Assembly: GCA_045633725.1 (NCBI GenBank)
Contig: JAZQYX010000033.1
Span: forward strand, 9,969-73,968
Length of the DNA: 64,000 bases
Reading direction: 5' to 3'
From: Acutalibacteraceae bacterium
Lineage (GTDB): Bacteria > Bacillota > Clostridia > Oscillospirales > Acutalibacteraceae
Below the pieces are notes generated by a model, which was not told the DNA's origin, did no database searches, and was given only the letters and a program-made list of their open reading frames with translations. Shown one piece after another: positions 59,578 through 64,000 of the stretch (the stretch's first letter is position 1; each line of letters starts with the position of its first letter). The position numbers were made by a program, and so were the translations under genes.

Positions 59578-60336
59578 ATGTTTGTAAATATAGACGGCTT
59601 AAATATAGAATACTGTGAACAAGGTGAAGGTACACCCGTACTTTTGCTTCACGGTTGGGGTGCTTCGTTTGATACCTACCGCGGTATAATAAACACCCTT
59701 AAAAACCGTTGCCGCGTAGTTGCAGTAAACTTTCCCGGTTGCGGTAATTCGGATACTATGAAAGCCCCTTGGACACTTGATGATTACTGCGATTTTGTAC
59801 TTAAATTTATGAAAGCGGTAAACCTTACCGACCCAATTCTATTCGGTCATTCGCATGGTGGCAGAGTTACTATGAAGTTAGTAGCCGAAGGTCTTGTAAA
59901 TCCACCTAAAATAGTTCTTTTAGATGCGGCAGGGCTTATACCTAAAAAAAGCTTTAAACAAAAGTGGCGCGCTAAAAGCTTTAAAGCCATTAAAACTGTT
60001 TTATCCTTGCCGATTATTAAATCTTTTTCAAGCGGTCTTTTAGAAAAGGCGCGAAACCATTACGGCTCGGCTGATTATAATGCCGCCCCCTTGGTACTCA
60101 GGCAAACCTTAGTATCTCTTGTTAACACAGATATCAGAAATATTTTACACAAAATCTCCTGCCCTACCTTGCTTATCTGGGGTGAAAACGATACTGCAAC
60201 TCCGCTTTCTGATGCAAAAATCATTGAAAGCCTTATACCCGACTGTGGACTATGCGTATTAAAAGACTGTGGTCACTTTGCTTTTTGTGAAAAACCATTT
60301 GAAGCAAACGCCATAATAAATAGCTTTATTAAATAA
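59578..60336 (+). CDS. Alpha/beta-fold hydrolase
   Basis: HGWGAS oxyanion region, nucleophile elbow GHSHGG, and C-terminal CGHFAF His. ATG 59578 follows an extended -10 (TGGTATAAT, 59539-59547), which lies inside the longer ORF-track version starting at 59506. Confidence 0.85.
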   Translation: MFVNIDGLNIEYCEQGEGTPVLLLHGWGASFDTYRGIINTLKNRCRVVAVNFPGCGNSDTMKAPWTLDDYCDFVLKFMKAVNLTDPILFGHSHGGRVTMKLVAEGLVNPPKIVLLDAAGLIPKKSFKQKWRAKSFKAIKTVLSLPIIKSFSSGLLEKARNHYGSADYNAAPLVLRQTLVSLVNTDIRNILHKISCPTLLIWGENDTATPLSDAKIIESLIPDCGLCVLKDCGHFAFCEKPFEANAIINSFIK

Positions 60337-60350
60337 CTGAAGGTGTTTTA

Positions 60351-61925
60351 ATGAATATTAACTTAATTTTAATACTTTGCTTTTCCGCAATAAGCGGTAT
60401 TTTGGCTGTAACAAGGCATTTTCAAATGCTCCAGCTAAATTCTTATTATCCGTCACGCTATTTTAAGTGGCTCAAAACAAGCTTCAATAACGGATTTTTA
60501 CTGTGTGCAATCCTTTATTTAATAGTTTCGTTAATCTACTTTTTCAAACTATACATAATAGGATGCATAGTTTCGTTATTTATTGTTTTCTATAACATTA
60601 AAACTACAATAGAATTACAAAAACGTTCTATTAAAAAGTTGGTTTTTACAGATAGAGTAAAACGCCTTTACCTTGCAGGCATTTTGCTTTTTATATTGCT
60701 TATATTGTTAGCTGCTTTAACCAAAACAGGATTTATAAACCGCCTTTTTATAAGCGCAGTTTTACTTTTAAGCTATGTAACCCCGCTTTTAACGTTTGCG
60801 CTATGGGGCATTATGGTGCCTGTTGAAAAACGTATTGCAAAATATTATGTAGACGATGCTAAAAAAATACTCGCATCTATGCCTAACCTTAAGGTTATTG
60901 GTATTACAGGCAGTTACGGAAAAACCACTACAAAATTCATTTTAACTCGTATTTTAAGTGAAAAATTTAATGTTGTTTGTACACCGCAAAGTTTTAACAC
61001 CCCTATGGGCATTGTAAGAACAGTACGCACAATGCTAAAACCCCAAACCGAAATCTTTGTTTGCGAAATGGGTGCTAAACAATCAGGTGATATTAAGGAA
61101 GACTGCGATATAGCGAACCCCGACTTCGGCATTATCACTTCGGTAGGTCCCCAACACCTTGAAACCTTTAAAACTATCGATAATGTATTCGCCACTAAGT
61201 TTGAATTAGCCGATGCTGTCAAGCAAAACGGCGGCTTAACCTTTGTAAACGGTGACAGTAAGGAAATTATAAGCCGTATAGGTGACGAATTTAAGGTTTA
61301 CGGAACCGATAAAAGCTTTGATTTTTGCGGCGAAGAGCTTTCATACGGCAGAAATGGCTCACAATTTACCGTTAATTTAGGAGGTCAAAAAGTACCCTTT
61401 GCAACCCAGCTTTTAGGTCTACACAGTATTATTGATATTATTGGCGCAGTATCTTTAGCATATACTTTAGGCGTCCCTGTAGCCGATTTGCAGTATGCAG
61501 TGGCTTCCTTAAAGCCCACCGAACACCGCTTAGAAATGAAGCCTTTTACAAATGGCTCACTTCTTATTGATGATGCTTATAATTCCAATCCTGAGGGTTG
61601 CTTAGAGGCAGTTAGAGTTTTAGGCTCTTTTACAGGTATGAAAAAGGTTATAGTAACCCCCGGTCTTGTAGAACTTGGAGAGCGCGAGTACCAATGTAAC
61701 TACGCTTTAGGCAAAGAGGCGGCAAAAAACTGTGATATTATAATTCTTGTAGGCATTAACCGTTCTGAGCCTCTGCAGGATGCTATTATGGATAGCAATT
61801 TTGATAAGAAAAACTTATTTGTTGTGGCAAGCTTTAAGGAAGCGATGAGCATTTATTCACGCTTTGCCGATAGCAATACCGCAGTTTTATTTGAAAACGA
61901 TTTACCCGATAATTACCTTTACTAA
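60351..61925 (+). CDS. murF: MurF-type Mur ligase (UDP-MurNAc-tripeptide--D-Ala-D-Ala ligase-like) with N-terminal multi-TM domain
   Basis: P-loop GITGSYGKTTTK, CEMGA, GPQHLETF and DDAYNSNPEG, all MurF-like central and C-terminal motifs. The first ~165 aa form about 5 hydrophobic helices. RBS GAAGGTG lies 5 nt upstream of the ATG. Confidence 0.75.
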   Translation: MNINLILILCFSAISGILAVTRHFQMLQLNSYYPSRYFKWLKTSFNNGFLLCAILYLIVSLIYFFKLYIIGCIVSLFIVFYNIKTTIELQKRSIKKLVFTDRVKRLYLAGILLFILLILLAALTKTGFINRLFISAVLLLSYVTPLLTFALWGIMVPVEKRIAKYYVDDAKKILASMPNLKVIGITGSYGKTTTKFILTRILSEKFNVVCTPQSFNTPMGIVRTVRTMLKPQTEIFVCEMGAKQSGDIKEDCDIANPDFGIITSVGPQHLETFKTIDNVFATKFELADAVKQNGGLTFVNGDSKEIISRIGDEFKVYGTDKSFDFCGEELSYGRNGSQFTVNLGGQKVPFATQLLGLHSIIDIIGAVSLAYTLGVPVADLQYAVASLKPTEHRLEMKPFTNGSLLIDDAYNSNPEGCLEAVRVLGSFTGMKKVIVTPGLVELGEREYQCNYALGKEAAKNCDIIILVGINRSEPLQDAIMDSNFDKKNLFVVASFKEAMSIYSRFADSNTAVLFENDLPDNYLY

Positions 61926-61937
61926 GGAGAAAAAATT

Positions 61938-63131
61938 ATGAAAGTTAATGTTGCTGTATTTTATGGTTGCCGTTCGGTTGAACACGAGGTTTCTATAATC
62001 TCTGCCGTTCAGGCTATGCGCGCTATTGACCGTAAGAAATATGATATTACACCTGTTTATGTTGATAAACAGGGTGAAATGTACACAGGCGAAAAATTAT
62101 TTGAAATTGAAAGCTACCGCAATTTGCCCGAGCTATTAAAACAATGCCGTAAGGTGTATTTTGCAAGAGAAAGCGGCAAGGTTTTGATGAAAAGCGCCAT
62201 TAATAAACTTTTTTCAAAACAAAAAGATGTGCAAATTGATGTTGCTTTCCCAATAGTTCACGGTACAAACTGTGAAGACGGCACTATTCAGGGTTTATTT
62301 GAATTTTTAAATCTCCCCTATGTAGGTTGTGATATTATTTCTTCTGCAGTAGGTATGGATAAATCTGTTTTTAAGGATGTGCTTAAAAATGCAGGTCTTC
62401 CTGTGCTCGACTGCGTATCTTTTAGAGCAAAGGAATATATCAGCAATAAAGGTGGCGTCACTGAAAATATTAAGGCAAAAATCGGTTTCCCGCTTATTGT
62501 AAAGCCTGTAAATTTAGGCTCAAGCGTGGGTATTACCAAGGTTAATACCGAAGCCGAGCTTGATACCGCTATTATGCTCGCGCTTTCCTTTACAGACCGC
62601 GTTTTAGTTGAACATGCGATTGAATCACTTCGCGAAATTAACTGCTCGGTTTTAGGTGACTGCGACGAATGCGAAGCAAGCGTGTGTGAAGAGCCTATCG
62701 GTAATGACGAAATTTTATCTTATGAAGATAAGTATTTAGGTGGCTCTAAAAATTCAAGTGGCAGTAAAGGTATGGCATCCTTAGGCAGAAAAATCCCAGC
62801 TGAGTTAGATGACAAAAAAGAAAAAGAAATCCGTGAGCTTGCTTGTAAAGTATTTAAAGCTATCGGTGCTAATGGTGTTGTTAGAATCGACTTTATGATT
62901 GACACTAAAACCGACACTGTTTACGCTAACGAAATAAATACTATCCCGGGCTCATTAGCTTTCTATTTATGGGAAGCTACAGGGGTTAATTATACCGCTT
63001 TAATAGATAAGCTTATTGACCTTGCATTTAAGCGTTCCCGCACCCGCGATAATATTACCTACACTATTGATACCAACATTTTATCAGGCGTTTCATTCGG
63101 TACAAAGGGTGCTAAAGGAGCAAAACTCTAA
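61938..63131 (+). CDS. ddl: D-alanine--D-alanine ligase (long form)
   Basis: ATP-grasp motifs: GCRSVEHEVS, HGTNCEDGTIQGLFE, PLIVKPVNLGSSVGI, an omega-loop SYEDKY, and RIDFM..YANEINTIPG. 397 aa with a loop insertion and a C-terminal extension. Confidence 0.88.
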   Translation: MKVNVAVFYGCRSVEHEVSIISAVQAMRAIDRKKYDITPVYVDKQGEMYTGEKLFEIESYRNLPELLKQCRKVYFARESGKVLMKSAINKLFSKQKDVQIDVAFPIVHGTNCEDGTIQGLFEFLNLPYVGCDIISSAVGMDKSVFKDVLKNAGLPVLDCVSFRAKEYISNKGGVTENIKAKIGFPLIVKPVNLGSSVGITKVNTEAELDTAIMLALSFTDRVLVEHAIESLREINCSVLGDCDECEASVCEEPIGNDEILSYEDKYLGGSKNSSGSKGMASLGRKIPAELDDKKEKEIRELACKVFKAIGANGVVRIDFMIDTKTDTVYANEINTIPGSLAFYLWEATGVNYTALIDKLIDLAFKRSRTRDNITYTIDTNILSGVSFGTKGAKGAKL

Positions 63132-64000
63132 TGACCGAACTTTTAATAAAACTTTTTGTAAAGAATTACAAAGACATTAAAAATAACCGAGTACGTGAAA
63201 ACTACGGAAATTTAGGCAGTATTGTAGGTATTCTGTGCAATTTATTGCTTTGTGTTTTTAAAATTGCGGTAGGTAGCGTTATAGGAAGTATTTCTATTAC
63301 GGCCGACGGTTTTAACAATCTCTCGGATATGGGCTCTTCGGTTGTAACAATGGTAGGCTTTAAGCTTTCAAACAAGCCCGCCGACAGTGACCACCCCTTC
63401 GGTCACGGCAGAATGGAATATATGTCGGCATTTATTGTATCGGTACTGATATTGCTTGTCGGTTTCGAGCTTTTTAAGTCTTCTTTTACCGCTTTTATAA
63501 ACAACTCCTCATCACCAAAGTATTCTGTTATTTCAATAATCATTTTAGCGGTATCTATTCTTGTAAAGCTTTGGATGTTCCTATTCAACCGCAAGCTTGG
63601 TAAAAAAATCGATTCCGATTCACTTATTGCTACTGCACAGGATTCTTTAAATGATGCTGTTGCTACAGTTGCTATTTTAATTGCCGCGGGTGTTTCTTAT
63701 TGCATTACTCTCCCCTTTAACCTTGACGCAGTTATGGGTATCGGCGTAGCGGTATTTATCTTGATTTCGGGCATCAATTCGGCTAAAGATACCTTAAACC
63801 GTATTTTAGGCGCACCACCCGAAAAAGAGCTTATAGATAACATTAAAGATATAATAATGTCTTATGAGCCATTTGTTGGTATCCACGACCTTATTGTACA
63901 TAACTACGGTCCGGGCAGACAGTTTGCATCTGTGCATGTTGAAGTTCCGCAAAATGTAGATATTGTAAAATGTCACGAACAGATTGACCTTTGCGAAAAA
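63131..64000 (+). CDS. Cation diffusion facilitator family transporter (5' partial, runs off the window)
   Basis: The ATG overlaps the ddl stop (TAATG). The frame is open to the window end. Motifs: ITADGFNNLSDM, SDHPFGHGRMEY, and HDLIVHNYGPGRQFASVHVEV in the C-terminal domain. Confidence 0.85.
   Translation, partial: MTELLIKLFVKNYKDIKNNRVRENYGNLGSIVGILCNLLLCVFKIAVGSVIGSISITADGFNNLSDMGSSVVTMVGFKLSNKPADSDHPFGHGRMEYMSAFIVSVLILLVGFELFKSSFTAFINNSSSPKYSVISIIILAVSILVKLWMFLFNRKLGKKIDSDSLIATAQDSLNDAVATVAILIAAGVSYCITLPFNLDAVMGIGVAVFILISGINSAKDTLNRILGAPPEKELIDNIKDIIMSYEPFVGIHDLIVHNYGPGRQFASVHVEVPQNVDIVKCHEQIDLCEK

Noticed and set aside
1-64000. Looked for mobile elements, CRISPR arrays, tRNA/rRNA genes, toxin-antitoxin pairs, reverse transcriptases and defence islands
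   Set aside because: No transposase, integrase, recombinase or RT motifs appear in any listed ORF. No spaced direct-repeat array was found. Intergenic regions are short and explained by promoters, terminators and leaders. The longest are 39.8-40.4 kb and 59.2-59.6 kb. This was an inspection by eye only, so a tRNAscan/Infernal/minCED run is needed for certainty.

Overview
Read by eye, this 64 kb window is ordinary core chromosome from an AT-rich, spore-forming Firmicute. The gene content looks like Clostridia: ctsR-mcsA-mcsB-clpC, ytfI/ytfJ, an ispH::S1 fusion, ruvCAB and ecfA1A2T-truA. The species cannot be named from sequence alone. About 59 protein-coding genes are tightly packed. They cover protein quality control (MoxR/DUF58/transglutaminase, CtsR regulon, a second ClpE-like ATPase), recombination (ruvCAB), ECF transport, serine synthesis (serC-serA), cmk and ispH/S1. 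They also cover chromosome segregation and sporulation (scpAB, ytfIJ, a DD-carboxypeptidase), potABCD, rpsB-tsf, an argGHF-proBAC block, typA, a class A PBP, a fused MacB-type ABC transporter, and murF-ddl. I found no rRNA, tRNA, CRISPR array, transposase, integrase, phage or recognisable defence gene, and no obvious compositional island. I do not see convincing evidence for a wholly new multi-gene system. Five items are most worth follow-up. (1) An unannotated 44-aa Cys/Gly/Asn-rich tiny membrane ORF lies beside the ctsR promoter. (2) A roughly 335-nt structured leader with interleaved complementary segments lies upstream of potABCD. (3) A structured leader lies upstream of rpsB-tsf. (4) A MurF-type ligase has its N-terminal domain replaced by about 5 transmembrane helices, in an operon with an alpha/beta hydrolase and a long-form Ddl. 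(5) A 1001-aa fused ABC/FtsX protein carries a roughly 570-aa extracytoplasmic domain with a Met-rich patch. All functional calls come from motif recognition in the supplied translations. No database search was run.
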